From the NCBI GenBank assembly GCA_019244185.1, contig JAFATB010000002.1:1-64000 (forward strand): a stretch of 64,000 nt of DNA. Reading direction: 5' to 3'. Both the position numbers and the translations under genes were made by a program. Origin of the DNA: Acidobacteriota bacterium (GTDB taxonomy: Bacteria > Acidobacteriota > Thermoanaerobaculia > Gp7-AA8). Shown piece by piece: positions 48,222 to 59,259 of this stretch; the first letter of the stretch is position 1; every line of letters starts with the position of its first letter. The notes under the pieces were generated by a model. It was not told the origin of the DNA. It did not search any database and was given only the letters and a program-made list of their open reading frames with translations.

Positions 48222-50552
48222 ATGACGCTCGTTCTCTACCTCCTGACCGCGCTCGCGCTGCTCGCGCTCGCGCACCGGTTCGTGACGCCGCTCTCACGTG
48301 CGGCGGCGATCGTGCTCGTGGCGATGCCGCTACTCTTCGTCGGATATGCGCTCGTGACCGGCGGCGTGTACGCGCCGATCGATCATCCGTATCAGTCGGA
48401 GCCGCTGGCGGCGCTGAAAGGGGAGTACGGGATCGGCGCGCCGCACAACATCGCGGTCACGGACATCTACTCGCAGATGCTGCCGTGGCGCCGCGTGGTG
48501 CAGGAGTCGCTCGCGCGCGGGGAGTGGCCGCTGTGGAACGCATACAACCTCTGCGGGCATCTGCTCGCGGCGGGCGCGCAGGCGGCGGTGTTCAGTCCGT
48601 TCACGTGGATCGCGTGTCTGCTGCCGGCGGCGCAGAGCTTCACGTTCACGGCGGCGATCGCGTTCTTCGCGGCGGGGCTCTGCGCGTTTCTCTTTGCGCG
48701 TGAGCTGGAGCTGAGCGAATGCGCGTCGCTCATCGGTGCGGCGGCGTGGCTCGGCTCGACCTCAATCGTGCTCTACATCGAATGGCCGCTGGGCTTTGCG
48801 AGCGCGTGCATGCCGCTGGTGATGCTCGCGGCGCGGCGGATCGTCACCGCGCCAACGGTCCGCTCGGCGGCGCTGCTCACCGCGACGCTGACGCTCGTGC
48901 TGATGCTCGGACATCCGGAGACGCTGCTGCACGTCGTGCTGCTCGCATCGGCGTACGCGGTGTTCACGATGATCCGCCTGCGCATCGCGCCGATGCGGCC
49001 GATCGTCACCGCGCTCGTCGCAGGCCTCGTCGCGCTCGCGCTCTGCGCGATCCAGATCCTGCCGATGCGCAAGGCCATCGCGCAGTCGGCGGAATACGAA
49101 TACAAGGTGCGCGTCTGGTCGCACGAGGATCGCGCGGCGCCGCGGACGCAGATGCTCGCGTATCTCGCCACCGATCTCTTTCCGTACCTCTACCTGCGCA
49201 AGTGGGAAGTGCCGGAGCTGCCGCCGTTGCGCGCGGAGAGCTTCGCCGTCGGCAGCATCGCGCTCGCGCTGGCGGCGTTTGCCGTGACACGCCGTCGCGG
49301 CGACACGTGGTTCTTCGTCGCGAGCGCCATCGCGTGCATCGCCGTCGCCATCGCGTGGGGACCGGCGGCGAACGCGCTGCAGCACTTCCCGCTGCTGGAC
49401 ATCACGCACAACGAGCGACTCGCGTTCGCCGCGGCGATGTTCCTCGCGTTTCTCGCTGCGATCGGCGCGGAAGAAGCGCTGCGCGCGCCGCGCGCGGCGG
49501 CGCTCCCGTGCGGCATCGTGCTCGCGTTGCTCGCGGCCGGCACGTGGTGGCTCACGCAGCACGTGCGCCTCGCGCCGCTGCCGAACGACTGGGGCACGTA
49601 TCGCATCCACGCCGAGCTCGGATTTCTCGCCGCGGCCGCGCTGCTCTTCGCATTCACGCGCACGCGGGCCGCGTTGCCGCTGTTACTCGGGTTGCTACTC
49701 GCGCAGCGCACCATCTCCGAGTCCGGCGCGCACAAGACCTTTCCCGCGCACGCCGCGTATCCGCATCTCGCGCTCTTCGATTCGCTCGCGAACATCCGCG
49801 AGCCGTTTCGCATTGTGGGGCTGAAGTACGCGCTGATCCCCGCGACGAACGTCTACTACGGGCTCGAAGACGCGCGCGGCTACGACGCGGTCACGTACAT
49901 GGGCACCGGCCGCACGTTTCCGCTCTGGTGTCAGCACCAGGTCGTCTGGTTCAACCGCGTCGCCGATCTCACGCGGCCGTTCCTCTCCTTCCTCAACATC
50001 CGCTTCGCCGTCGCCGCGGACGACGCGCCGGTCCCGAACGGCTGGCGGAAAGTCGCGGCGATGCCGGGCTCGATGCTCCTCGAAAACGCCAACGTCATTC
50101 CGCGCGTCTCGGTCCCCAAACGCGTGCGCCTCGGCGGCACGCCCGAACAGCAGCTCGCGGAGATGCTGCAGGAGACCGACTTTCGCGACCGGATGTGGGT
50201 CGATGCGGCGACGCCCGCGCCGGAACGCGTCAACGGTCCGGGCAGCATCGTCCTGCGCGAGCGCTCGCGTCGCGGCATGTATCGCTTCGACGCCGACATG
50301 CAGGGCGACGGCTGGGTCGTCGTCTCCGACACCGCGTGGAATGGCTGGCGCGCGTACATCGATGGCCGCCGCGTGAAATCGACGCGCGCGAACCTCGCGT
50401 TCGTCTCCGTGTTCGTGCCGCGCGGACGGCACGACGTGCGTCTCGTCTATCTGCCGGAGTCGTTCGTGCGCGGACGCGCGATCAGCGCCGTGACGCTGAT
50501 CGCGCTCGCGGCGTTCGCGCTCACGCGCGCGCGGTCGGCACGTAGCGCGTGA
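48222..50552 (+). CDS. YfhO-family (GT-C-like) membrane protein
   Basis: PLWNAY..G..L.A, GHPE, many TMs; C-terminal GWRAYIDG..V.VPRGRHDV.L.Y.P. Confidence 0.88.
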   Translation: MTLVLYLLTALALLALAHRFVTPLSRAAAIVLVAMPLLFVGYALVTGGVYAPIDHPYQSEPLAALKGEYGIGAPHNIAVTDIYSQMLPWRRVVQESLARGEWPLWNAYNLCGHLLAAGAQAAVFSPFTWIACLLPAAQSFTFTAAIAFFAAGLCAFLFARELELSECASLIGAAAWLGSTSIVLYIEWPLGFASACMPLVMLAARRIVTAPTVRSAALLTATLTLVLMLGHPETLLHVVLLASAYAVFTMIRLRIAPMRPIVTALVAGLVALALCAIQILPMRKAIAQSAEYEYKVRVWSHEDRAAPRTQMLAYLATDLFPYLYLRKWEVPELPPLRAESFAVGSIALALAAFAVTRRRGDTWFFVASAIACIAVAIAWGPAANALQHFPLLDITHNERLAFAAAMFLAFLAAIGAEEALRAPRAAALPCGIVLALLAAGTWWLTQHVRLAPLPNDWGTYRIHAELGFLAAAALLFAFTRTRAALPLLLGLLLAQRTISESGAHKTFPAHAAYPHLALFDSLANIREPFRIVGLKYALIPATNVYYGLEDARGYDAVTYMGTGRTFPLWCQHQVVWFNRVADLTRPFLSFLNIRFAVAADDAPVPNGWRKVAAMPGSMLLENANVIPRVSVPKRVRLGGTPEQQLAEMLQETDFRDRMWVDAATPAPERVNGPGSIVLRERSRRGMYRFDADMQGDGWVVVSDTAWNGWRAYIDGRRVKSTRANLAFVSVFVPRGRHDVRLVYLPESFVRGRAISAVTLIALAAFALTRARSARSA

Positions 50553-50910
50553 TCATGTCGATCATCTTGTCGCGCGTGAGCGGCTTGCGCATCCACGCGT
50601 TCGCGCCGGAGCTGGGGAACATCTCCTCGAGCGAGCGCTCGGGCAGATCGGAGATGAGCACGATCGGGATGTCTTTCTTGTTCGACTGCGACTTGAGCAC
50701 TTCGCTGAGGCGGTTGCCCTTGATGCTGGGCAGGTTGACGTCGAGAAAAATGATGTCGGGCGTGTTGCCGGCGAGCACGTGATTGAACTCGATCCAGCTC
50801 GACGCCGTCAGCACCGTGCAGCCTTCACGCTCGAGCAGCGCGCGGCCCAGCTTCAGCACGAGCGGGTTGTCGTCGAGAATCAGCACAGAGATATTCGCAA
50901 GAGCAGGCAT
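50521..50910 (-). CDS. Single-domain response regulator (CheY-like)
   Basis: VLILDD, DIIFLDVNLP, IPIVLIS, RKP. Confidence 0.9.
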   Translation of the reverse strand: MPALANISVLILDDNPLVLKLGRALLEREGCTVLTASSWIEFNHVLAGNTPDIIFLDVNLPSIKGNRLSEVLKSQSNKKDIPIVLISDLPERSLEEMFPSSGANAWMRKPLTRDKMIDMITRYVPTARA

Positions 50911-50976
50911 TGGTTTGCGTATCTTCCTTACGACCGCGAGGCGGGTATTGCGCACATGATACTCTCTCGCGGCGCG

Positions 50977-51423
50977 ATGACCGACCTCCCTGCGCCTCCC
51001 GCGCGGCGGTTCCAGTGGCCCGCCGAGTACTACTCCGGTCCCACCCCGAACGCCGTCTTTCCACGCTGGGTTCCCTTCGGCTGCGGCGCGGCCTCCGTGC
51101 TCATGCTCGCGATCCTCGTCGCCGGCGGCGTGTGGCTCTCGAGCGGCGGACTAACCGATCTGATGGACTGGGTCATCGGCATGACCATGGGCGAAATCCG
51201 CGGCATGTACACCGCCGCGGTGACGCCCGCGCAGCGGCAATTGGTCGACGCGGAAGTCGAGCGCGTGCGCAAGGACTTGCGCGCGAACCGCATCAGCGCG
51301 GCAAAGCTCGATCCGCTGCTGCGCGCGCTGCGCGACGCTGCGGCCGACAGCAAGGTCGATCCCGCCGAGGCGCAGACGATCGTCGCGGAGGCGCACGCCA
51401 TTCGTCCGCAACCCGCACACTGA
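50977..51423 (+). CDS. Hypothetical membrane-anchored protein
   Basis: One TM segment ([20 protein letters not shown]) followed by a helical domain. Confidence 0.7.
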   Translation: MTDLPAPPARRFQWPAEYYSGPTPNAVFPRWVPFGCGAASVLMLAILVAGGVWLSSGGLTDLMDWVIGMTMGEIRGMYTAAVTPAQRQLVDAEVERVRKDLRANRISAAKLDPLLRALRDAAADSKVDPAEAQTIVAEAHAIRPQPAH

Positions 51424-51439
51424 TCCTTTCTTCGAGACC

Positions 51440-53437
51440 ATGTCCGATCGCTTCCAGCTTCTCTCGCCATTTCAGCCGCAGGGCGATCAGCCCGAGGCCA
51501 TTCGCCAGCTCACGGAAAGCCTCAATGCCGGGGAGAAACATCAGGTGCTCCTCGGCGTCACCGGCTCCGGCAAGACCTTCACCGTCGCGAAGGTGATCGA
51601 GGCGCTGAACCGGCCGACACTCGTCCTCAGCCACAACAAGACGCTCGCGGCGCAGCTCTACCAGGAGTTCAAGAACTTCTTTCCGGAGAATGCGGTCGAG
51701 TATTTCGTCTCGTATTACGACTATTACCAGCCCGAGGCGTACATCCCGCAGACCGATCTCTACATCGAAAAGGAGATGACCAAGAACGACGAGATCGACA
51801 AGCTGCGGCTCGCCTCGACGAAAGCACTCTTCGAGCGCCGCGACGTGATCATCGTCGCCTCGGTCTCCTGCATCTACGGCATCGGCGAGCCGGAGCTGTA
51901 CTACGGCATGCTGCTGTTCTTCGAGCGCGGCATCGAGAAGCCGATGACGCAGTACCTCCGCAAGCTGACGGAGATGCAGTACGAGCGCACGCCGTACGAC
52001 CTCGCGCGCGGCAGCTTCCGCGTGCGCGGCGACGTGCTCGAGGTGTGGCCGGCGTACGAGGACGACGCGGTGCGCATCGAGTTCTTCGGCGACGAGATCG
52101 ACAAGATGACGCGCATCGATCCGGTCACGGGCAAGACCACCGGCCGCTCGTACGATCGCCTGGCCATCTATCCGCGCACGCACTACGTCACGCCGCGCGA
52201 GCGGCTCATGCAGGCGATGGAGAACATCCGCGTCGAGCTCGACGAGCGCGTCACGGAGCTGCGCGCGCAGGACCGGCTCCTCGAAGCGCAGCGGCTCTCG
52301 CAGCGGACGATGTTCGATCTGGAGATGATCGCGGAGCTCGGCTACTGCAACGGCATCGAGAACTACTCGCGCCATCTCAGCGGACGCGAGCCGGGCGAGC
52401 CGCCGCCGACGCTGATCGACTACTTCCCGAAAGACTTCCTGCTCGTCGTCGACGAGTCGCACCAGACCATGCCGCAGGTGCGCGCGATGTGGGGCGGCGA
52501 CCGCGCGCGCAAGGTGACGCTCGTCGACTATGGCTTCCGTCTGCCGAGCGCGATCGACAACCGGCCGCTCTCGTTCACCGAGTTCGAGGGAAAGCTCGAC
52601 CAGATCCTTTACGTCTCTGCCACGCCGGGGCCGTACGAGCTCGAGAAGACCGGCGGCCTCTTCGCGGAGCAGGTCATTCGGCCGACGGGCCTCCTCGATC
52701 CGGAGATCGTCATCCGTCCGGTGAAAGGGCAGGTGGACGATCTCATCGGCGTCATCAAGGAGCGCATCGCGAAGAGCGAGCGCGTGATGGTGACGACGCT
52801 GACGAAGCGGATGGCCGAGGACCTCACGCGGTATCTGATGGAGCTCGGCATCAAAGTGAATTACCTCCATTCGGACGTCGAGACGCTGGAGCGCATCGCC
52901 ATCCTTCGCGACTACCGCATGGGCGTCTACGACGTGCTGATCGGCATCAACCTTCTGCGTGAAGGACTCGACGTGCCGGAGTGCTCGTGCGTGGCGATCC
53001 TCGACGCGGACAAGGAAGGGTTCCTCCGCTCGCAGACCTCGCTCATTCAGACCATCGGCCGCGCCGCGCGCAACGTGAACGGCGTGGCGATCCTGTACGC
53101 CGACAAGATCACGGACTCGCTGCGCTGGGCCATCGACGAGACGAACCGCCGCCGCGCCGTGCAGCAGCAGTACAACGAGGAGCACGGCATCGAGCCCGCG
53201 ACGATCATCAAGTCGATCGACTCCGATCTCGTGAAGATGTCGAACCTCGACTACATGGACATCCCGCTGCCGGGCCAGAAGTCGAAGCTCGATCTCGCGC
53301 AGGGCGAAGATCTCGACAAGGCCATCTCGCGCCTCCAGAAAGAGATGAAGGACGCGGCGAAGAACCTCGACTTCGAGCGCGCCGCGGAGATCCGCGACAA
53401 GATCCGCGAGCTGAAAGAAGCGCGCATCTTCGTCTAG
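51440..53437 (+). CDS. uvrB: Excinuclease ABC subunit B
   Basis: [48 protein letters not shown]. Confidence 0.98.
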   Translation: MSDRFQLLSPFQPQGDQPEAIRQLTESLNAGEKHQVLLGVTGSGKTFTVAKVIEALNRPTLVLSHNKTLAAQLYQEFKNFFPENAVEYFVSYYDYYQPEAYIPQTDLYIEKEMTKNDEIDKLRLASTKALFERRDVIIVASVSCIYGIGEPELYYGMLLFFERGIEKPMTQYLRKLTEMQYERTPYDLARGSFRVRGDVLEVWPAYEDDAVRIEFFGDEIDKMTRIDPVTGKTTGRSYDRLAIYPRTHYVTPRERLMQAMENIRVELDERVTELRAQDRLLEAQRLSQRTMFDLEMIAELGYCNGIENYSRHLSGREPGEPPPTLIDYFPKDFLLVVDESHQTMPQVRAMWGGDRARKVTLVDYGFRLPSAIDNRPLSFTEFEGKLDQILYVSATPGPYELEKTGGLFAEQVIRPTGLLDPEIVIRPVKGQVDDLIGVIKERIAKSERVMVTTLTKRMAEDLTRYLMELGIKVNYLHSDVETLERIAILRDYRMGVYDVLIGINLLREGLDVPECSCVAILDADKEGFLRSQTSLIQTIGRAARNVNGVAILYADKITDSLRWAIDETNRRRAVQQQYNEEHGIEPATIIKSIDSDLVKMSNLDYMDIPLPGQKSKLDLAQGEDLDKAISRLQKEMKDAAKNLDFERAAEIRDKIRELKEARIFV

Positions 53438-54981
53438 TTGCGCCGGCGGCGGGTCAGCTTCGCGAGCAGCTCGCGCGCCTCTTCGTGATCTGGCTCGAGC
53501 GCGAGCGCGTTGCGCAGGCAGGCGCGGGCCTCGCGCCACTGCGCGACGAGGCCGTGGCACAGCGCCATGTGCGTCAGCGTCGCGGCGTCCGGTCCGCGGA
53601 GGTCGAGCGAACGCTGAAACCATGCGAGCGCCTCCGCACCGTCGCGCGCGCTCATCATCACCATGCCGAGATGGAAGTAGAGATCGTCGCGCTCGAGCAG
53701 CGGGAAGTATTCGGCGCCGACGTTCCGTGCGACGTCGCGCAGCGTTTCGCGCGTGACGGAATCGCCGTTCTCGGCGTAGCGCAGCAGCGTTCGGAAGGCG
53801 CCGAGAAACACGACCGGATCCCAGCCGGTGAAGCGGAGGTACGCGACGAGATCGTCGAACGCGAACGCGCCGTACTGCTGCTCGACGCCGCGTTTGACGG
53901 CGAAAAAGTCCGCGGGACCGCGCCGCTCGATGTGCTGCGCGAAGGCCAGCCGCGTCTCCGCGAACGCCGTGTCGCCGCGATCGAAGAGGCAGGCGACGAC
54001 CGGCAGCGGCGAACGGTCATTCGTCGTATGAAGAAACACTCCGCCGTGCGCGGTGGTCCACGCGCCGAGGGCGTGGTAGTTGACCGCGAACGAGACGCTG
54101 CCGTGGAGCGCGATGTAGGCCTGATCGGTCGTGTCTGGCGCGGGCAAGCCGGTGAATCCCTTGTCGCCGCTGAGCAGCAGCAGGCGTCCGCCGGAGCGCT
54201 CGCGCAGGTTGCGCAGCAGCGTCAGCGCGGCGGTCGGAAACACGACGCTCGCGCCGTCGATCGCGCGATACGCGTCGAGAATCGCGTTCCACGACGGATC
54301 CGCATAGCGGCGGCGCACCGCGCGTCCGCGGCGGAACGTGACGGAGATCTTCGCGAGCAGATCCTCTTCGTCCGGCGCGGTGTTCGCCGGCGCTTCGATG
54401 CGCGGGAGCAGTTCGACGAGGCGGCCGTTCTCCGCGCGAAAGAGGTCCATCGGAATGCCGTCGAAGACGTAGTTCGCGATGACGGCCACCGGATTCCCGT
54501 TCGCCTCCGGAAGTTCGCCGCTCGACTCCGCATCGAAGCGCGCGAATGCGACGACGCCCGCGTCGATGTACGGCTGCAGCGACGGATGGGAGCGGAGCAC
54601 GTCGAGGTTCGCGTCCGTGAAGTCGGTGTAGACGTAACGCACGCGTACGCCGGGCAATGCGCCGGAATCGAACAGGCGCAGCAGCGCGCGCACGAAGTGC
54701 CAGCCGAAGCGCCCGTTGCCGCACCCGAGCTCGAGGATCGGCACCGGCGCGGTGCGATCGACGAACGGCGCGATGTCGCGCAACCATCCGAGGACCGTGT
54801 TCGCGTACGACTCGGCGATCCACGGATTGCTGGTGATGTAGTGCGGGACGACGGACTCGTTCCACGCGCGCACGCCGCGGCCGTCGAAGTACGCGCGCTG
54901 CAATCGCCACAACATCGAGTGGGAGAGGGGAGTCTTCTCCTCGAGCACGACCCGGCGTGGCGCGGCCGTCAGAACTCCCAC
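53434..54981 (-). CDS. SAM-dependent methyltransferase-like protein with C-terminal TPR
   Basis: [14 protein letters not shown] motif, YTDF, IANYVFD, SGDKG; C-terminal TPR helices. Start uncertain. Confidence 0.82.
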   Translation of the reverse strand: MGVLTAAPRRVVLEEKTPLSHSMLWRLQRAYFDGRGVRAWNESVVPHYITSNPWIAESYANTVLGWLRDIAPFVDRTAPVPILELGCGNGRFGWHFVRALLRLFDSGALPGVRVRYVYTDFTDANLDVLRSHPSLQPYIDAGVVAFARFDAESSGELPEANGNPVAVIANYVFDGIPMDLFRAENGRLVELLPRIEAPANTAPDEEDLLAKISVTFRRGRAVRRRYADPSWNAILDAYRAIDGASVVFPTAALTLLRNLRERSGGRLLLLSGDKGFTGLPAPDTTDQAYIALHGSVSFAVNYHALGAWTTAHGGVFLHTTNDRSPLPVVACLFDRGDTAFAETRLAFAQHIERRGPADFFAVKRGVEQQYGAFAFDDLVAYLRFTGWDPVVFLGAFRTLLRYAENGDSVTRETLRDVARNVGAEYFPLLERDDLYFHLGMVMMSARDGAEALAWFQRSLDLRGPDAATLTHMALCHGLVAQWREARACLRNALALEPDHEEARELLAKLTRRRRN

Positions 54982-56648
54982 CTCCCGCGCAACGCGGCGT
55001 TGAAGGCCCAGACGATCTCGTAGTTCTCGGCGTTCAGCACGTGATAGCCGATGGCGAGGATCTCATTCGTCGTCCCTGATGTTGCGCGGAAGAAAAACGT
55101 GCAGCCGCCCGGACCGCGTCCGAACGACGCATGCGATCCGGCCTGCAGTCGTCCGATGTCGCCTTTCGTCGCCGACCCGGCGTACGATTTCTGCAAGCCG
55201 GCGTTGCCGCTCACCGAACGGTTGTTGTCCATGCGGCTCAGCGCATTGCGCAGATTGTCGTCGTCGACGGTGTTGTGTTTGAGGCGTACCGCATCGCAGA
55301 ACAGATGGCGCATCGAATACGACTTTCCGTCGAGCGTCGTCGCGCACGAGAGCGGGACGCTCGGAATGCGGAGGGTCTTCGTGACGAAGGCCTCGATGAG
55401 ACCGGAAACCTCGACGTAGCGCCTGGCGTCAGCCGTACTCCTCCACGGCTCCGCTCCGTTGGAACCGCGGATGGCGATGAGAATTGCCTTGAAATCCGGC
55501 AGTGCTTCGCCGCGCTTGCCTTTGATCCGTTCTTCCTCGGTTTTCGAATAGCCTTCTTTCAGTTCGGTCCGGTGTTTGAGCTCTGCCGCGACCGCCGTGT
55601 GAATGATGACCGTCGCTTCGTCTTCGGTGAGCGGACGCGGCCAAGCGGCCGCGGAAGGCTTGGAGTTCGCCGCCACGTATTCGGCGGTCACGTGCTTCGC
55701 GTAGATCTGCAGCGTTCTGAAGTTCGCCCAGACCTCGGGTGCGACGTCGGTGCCGCGCACCCGGTTCACCATGACTTTGTAGTCCTTGTCGTCGTGGGCG
55801 CGCAGCGAGTCGGCCAGCGAGGGATGCAGGATGGCGCGGCGAACATGCCCGCGGATCTCGTCGTCGATCACGCCGCGTGCCTGCGACAGCGTCAGTCGCC
55901 GCGGCGCGCTCGCGTACGCGGGAATCAGCGTCGCGGCGTAGATCTTCGCCGCCTTTTCGTTGAACCAACCGTCGGGAGCGAGGGGATCGCCGCGGAACCG
56001 CCGCACCAACGCCTGGAACTCGGCGCTTTCTTCATCTTTCAGGATCCGTGCAGGGAATGGCGTGGGGTGGCCGGCGCAGTACGCGTCGATTTTTTCTTCG
56101 AGGAATTGCTTCGCCTCGCCGAGCGTCACCGGGCGTGGCCACATCTGCACGACACCGCGATGCGCCGGCTTTCTCTGCACAGGCGCGGCGACGGCGGCGG
56201 GCTCGATTCGCAACGACAACGCGCGCAGCGACATCCGGTCCGCTTCCGCTTCGAGGCCGGGATCGCTCACCACCACGACTCCGCTGCCGTGCGGATTGCG
56301 CACGCGTCCCGCGCGCTGCTGCACGACGTGCGTCAGCTCGTGCGCCAGCACGCGCCGTCCCTGCACGCTGGACGGATCGTAGTGGCCGGGCGCGATGTGG
56401 ATGTCGGTTCCGTGCGTGAACGCCACCGCCCCGATCGTCGCCGGATGCGGACCGACGTGCACGCGCACGGCGGCGAAGCTGGCGCCGAAGATCGACTCCA
56501 TCGCCTGCCGCACCTGAGGCGGCAACGGCTCTCCGGCGCCGGTGGTGCGCGGCAGTGCCTGCATCCGCGAGCGCGGCTCCGAAAGCCATCGCGGGACACC
56601 ATGGGGAAAGGAACCCTGAATGACGGTTCCGCCAGTCGTGTGAGGCAT
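54969..56648 (-). CDS. DUF4157 (eCIS core domain) protein with three repeats and a putative C-terminal toxin domain
   Basis: GEPLP..VR..ME..FGASF..VRVH...GAVAFTHGTDI...LAHELTHVVQQ...LEAEAD, followed by VQRK/VVQM. Start 56648 or 56672. Confidence 0.88.
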   Translation of the reverse strand: MPHTTGGTVIQGSFPHGVPRWLSEPRSRMQALPRTTGAGEPLPPQVRQAMESIFGASFAAVRVHVGPHPATIGAVAFTHGTDIHIAPGHYDPSSVQGRRVLAHELTHVVQQRAGRVRNPHGSGVVVVSDPGLEAEADRMSLRALSLRIEPAAVAAPVQRKPAHRGVVQMWPRPVTLGEAKQFLEEKIDAYCAGHPTPFPARILKDEESAEFQALVRRFRGDPLAPDGWFNEKAAKIYAATLIPAYASAPRRLTLSQARGVIDDEIRGHVRRAILHPSLADSLRAHDDKDYKVMVNRVRGTDVAPEVWANFRTLQIYAKHVTAEYVAANSKPSAAAWPRPLTEDEATVIIHTAVAAELKHRTELKEGYSKTEEERIKGKRGEALPDFKAILIAIRGSNGAEPWRSTADARRYVEVSGLIEAFVTKTLRIPSVPLSCATTLDGKSYSMRHLFCDAVRLKHNTVDDDNLRNALSRMDNNRSVSGNAGLQKSYAGSATKGDIGRLQAGSHASFGRGPGGCTFFFRATSGTTNEILAIGYHVLNAENYEIVWAFNAALRGRWEF

Positions 56649-56722
56649 CGTGGTCTCTCTCTGAACGTTCATGATACGCGCGCATGCCGCCGCGTTCGAC
56701 GCGCGGCCGCTGCGTTCCCGCC

Positions 56723-56751
56723 TTGACGGTTCTGCCCGCCAGGTCCACAAT
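56723..56751 (+). promoter_or_regulatory. Sigma70-type promoter for the TonB receptor
   Basis: TTGACG-N17-CACAAT about 50 nt upstream of ATG 56802; TCCACAA occurs twice (56744, 56761). Confidence 0.55.
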
Positions 56752-56801
56752 CTACGCATATCCACAACTGAATAGTTCCGGACGGAAAGGGGGAATGCTC
56801 C

Positions 56802-59252
56802 ATGACGACCCTCGTGACCCGTATCGTGATGACCGCCGCGGCGGCCGCGCTTCTCGCGGCACCGGCGACGCGGCTCCGCGCGCAGGAGACGCAGCAGACC
56901 ACCACTACCCAGGCGACGCCCTCCGATCAGAAGAAGACCGCCGAGGAGGAGAAGAAGGCGAAGATGGCGGAAGAGATCGTCGTCACCGCACGCAAGCGCG
57001 AGGAGACGGTGCAGACGGTGCCGATCTCCGTCGCCGCGCCGACGGAAACGGAGCTGCGCGACCGCGGCGCGGAGACGATCGAAGACGTCTCCGCGAATGT
57101 CGCCGGCTTCACGGTGCAGAACCTCGGCCCCGGCCAGAGTCAGGTCGCGATGCGCGGCGTGTCCGCGGGACAGATCGTCCGCGACCAGCCGGGCGTGAAA
57201 GAGCAGGTCGGCGTCTACCTCGACGAGTCGGTCATCTCGCTCTCGCTCTTCACGCCCGACATCGATCTCTTCGATCTCTCGCGCATCGAAGTGCTGCGCG
57301 GGCCGCAAGGCACGCTGTTCGGCTCCGGCTCGCTCTCGGGCACCGTCCGCTACATCACCAACCAGCCGCAGCTCGGCGTCTCGGAGAACGTCGGCGAACT
57401 CACGGTGGCGTCGAACGGCGGCTCCGTCGGCGGCAGCGCGAAAGCAGCCGTCAACGCGCCGCTCGGCGACAACGCGGCCCTGCGCGTCGCGGCGTACTAC
57501 ACGAAGTACGAGGGCTTCATCGACGCCGTGCAGCCGAATCTCAGCGTGAACGACGACGTCAACGACGGCTACCGCGCCGGTGCGCGCGTCGCGATCAAGT
57601 TCCAGCCGTCGGCCGCGCTGTCGATCACGCCGCGCATCCTCTATCAGAAGGTCAACTCGAACGGCTGGAACCGCGTCGACGTCTTCAACATCCTCGCGAA
57701 TCCGTTCACGACGACGCGCCCCGCGGTGCACCTCGGCGAGCGCGAACAGTTCACGCAGTTCCAGGAACCGTACGACGACAAGTTCCTCCTCGGCGACGTC
57801 AACCTGACTTACGACCTCGGCAACAACCGCAGCCTCACCTCGATCACGTCGTACTCCGACCGCGACATCGACGTCGTGCGTGATGCGACGGCGCTCACCG
57901 CGAGCATCACCGGCGGCTCGATCGGCTTACCGGCGAACATCTACACGCTCGACGCGCCGCTCGACGACGCCACGAAAGCGAAGGCGTTCACGCAGGAAGT
58001 GCGTCTCGCCGGCAGCACGCCGAAGCTGCAGTGGCTCGCCGGCGCGTTCTACAGCCACGTGAACCGCGGCTACGGCCAGAGCCTCCTCGTCAGCGGCTTC
58101 GAAACGCTCTCCGGCATTCCGACCGCGGGCACGCACGGCGCCGCGCGCGACGTGCTCTTCTTCTCGGATCTCGACTATCGCTTCAAGCAGTACGCGCTCT
58201 TCGGCGAGGCGACGTACAGCGTCAATCCGAGGCTCGACGTCACCGGCGGACTGCGCGCGTACAACTACCGCGAGAACCGCACGCAGACCTTCGACGGCAT
58301 CTTCGCCGATCCGGGCACGACGCGCGGTACCTCGAAGGCGAAAGGCGTCGCGCCGCGCGTGATTCTCGGCTACAAGCTGAGCGACAACACGCGCCTCAAT
58401 GCGCAGATCTCGAAAGGCTTCCGCCTTGGCGGCATCAACGATCCGCTGAACGTGCCGCTCTGCACCGCGCAGGACCTCGTCACCTTCGGCGGCCGCGACA
58501 CGTGGAAGGACGAGAAGCTGTGGAACTACGAGGTCGGCTCGAAGTCGACGTTCCTGGGCGGACGCGGCTCGTTCAACGCTGCCGCGTTCTACATGGACAT
58601 TCGCGACCTGCAGGCGACGGTGACCGCGGGCTCGTGCTCGTCGCGCGTCATCTTCAACGTGCCGAAGGCGCGCAGCGAAGGCGTGGAGACGGAGTTCGAG
58701 GTCGCGCCGAACGATCGCTTCGACTTCGCGATCTCCGCGAGTCACATCCGCTCGCGGCTCGAGTCGACGCTGACGTCGACCGACGCGGCGGGCCACGTGA
58801 GCATCGTGGCCGGCATCGAGAAGGGCAACCGGCTGCCGACCGTGCCGGAGTTCCAGGCCGCGGCCGCGGCGACGTTCCACTGGCCGATGCGGCAGGGGAT
58901 GGCCGGCTATCTCACCGGCGCGTACCAGCACGTCGGCGACCGCTTCACGCAGATCGGCGACCAGGCCGCGGGATTCGGAACGGTCAACTTGTTGTCTTTC
59001 TCGCCGAACAACATCGGCGGCCCGTTCACGCAGTCGACGTTCACGTTCGATCCGAAGCTGCCCGCGTACGACCTGCTCAACCTCCGCATCGGCGTGCTCC
59101 GCAACCGCTGGGACACGGCGCTGTTCGTGAACAACGTGACCGACGAGCGGGCGTTGCTCGCGCTCGATCAGGAGCGCGGCACGCGGGCGCGCGTCAGCTA
59201 CCTCACGAACCCGCCGCGCACGTACGGCATCAGCACGCGCGTGACGTTCTGA
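56802..59252 (+). CDS. TonB-dependent receptor
   Basis: EEIVVTARKREE TonB box, VGVYLDE, IEVLRGPQGTLFG, NNVTDE, terminal Phe. Confidence 0.95.
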   Translation: MTTLVTRIVMTAAAAALLAAPATRLRAQETQQTTTTQATPSDQKKTAEEEKKAKMAEEIVVTARKREETVQTVPISVAAPTETELRDRGAETIEDVSANVAGFTVQNLGPGQSQVAMRGVSAGQIVRDQPGVKEQVGVYLDESVISLSLFTPDIDLFDLSRIEVLRGPQGTLFGSGSLSGTVRYITNQPQLGVSENVGELTVASNGGSVGGSAKAAVNAPLGDNAALRVAAYYTKYEGFIDAVQPNLSVNDDVNDGYRAGARVAIKFQPSAALSITPRILYQKVNSNGWNRVDVFNILANPFTTTRPAVHLGEREQFTQFQEPYDDKFLLGDVNLTYDLGNNRSLTSITSYSDRDIDVVRDATALTASITGGSIGLPANIYTLDAPLDDATKAKAFTQEVRLAGSTPKLQWLAGAFYSHVNRGYGQSLLVSGFETLSGIPTAGTHGAARDVLFFSDLDYRFKQYALFGEATYSVNPRLDVTGGLRAYNYRENRTQTFDGIFADPGTTRGTSKAKGVAPRVILGYKLSDNTRLNAQISKGFRLGGINDPLNVPLCTAQDLVTFGGRDTWKDEKLWNYEVGSKSTFLGGRGSFNAAAFYMDIRDLQATVTAGSCSSRVIFNVPKARSEGVETEFEVAPNDRFDFAISASHIRSRLESTLTSTDAAGHVSIVAGIEKGNRLPTVPEFQAAAAATFHWPMRQGMAGYLTGAYQHVGDRFTQIGDQAAGFGTVNLLSFSPNNIGGPFTQSTFTFDPKLPAYDLLNLRIGVLRNRWDTALFVNNVTDERALLALDQERGTRARVSYLTNPPRTYGISTRVTF

Positions 59253-59259
59253 CGTTCGA

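Noticed and set aside
56758-56766. DnaA box / replication origin (ATATCCACA)
   Set aside because: Single imperfect match; no box cluster, unwinding element or dnaA/dnaN context.
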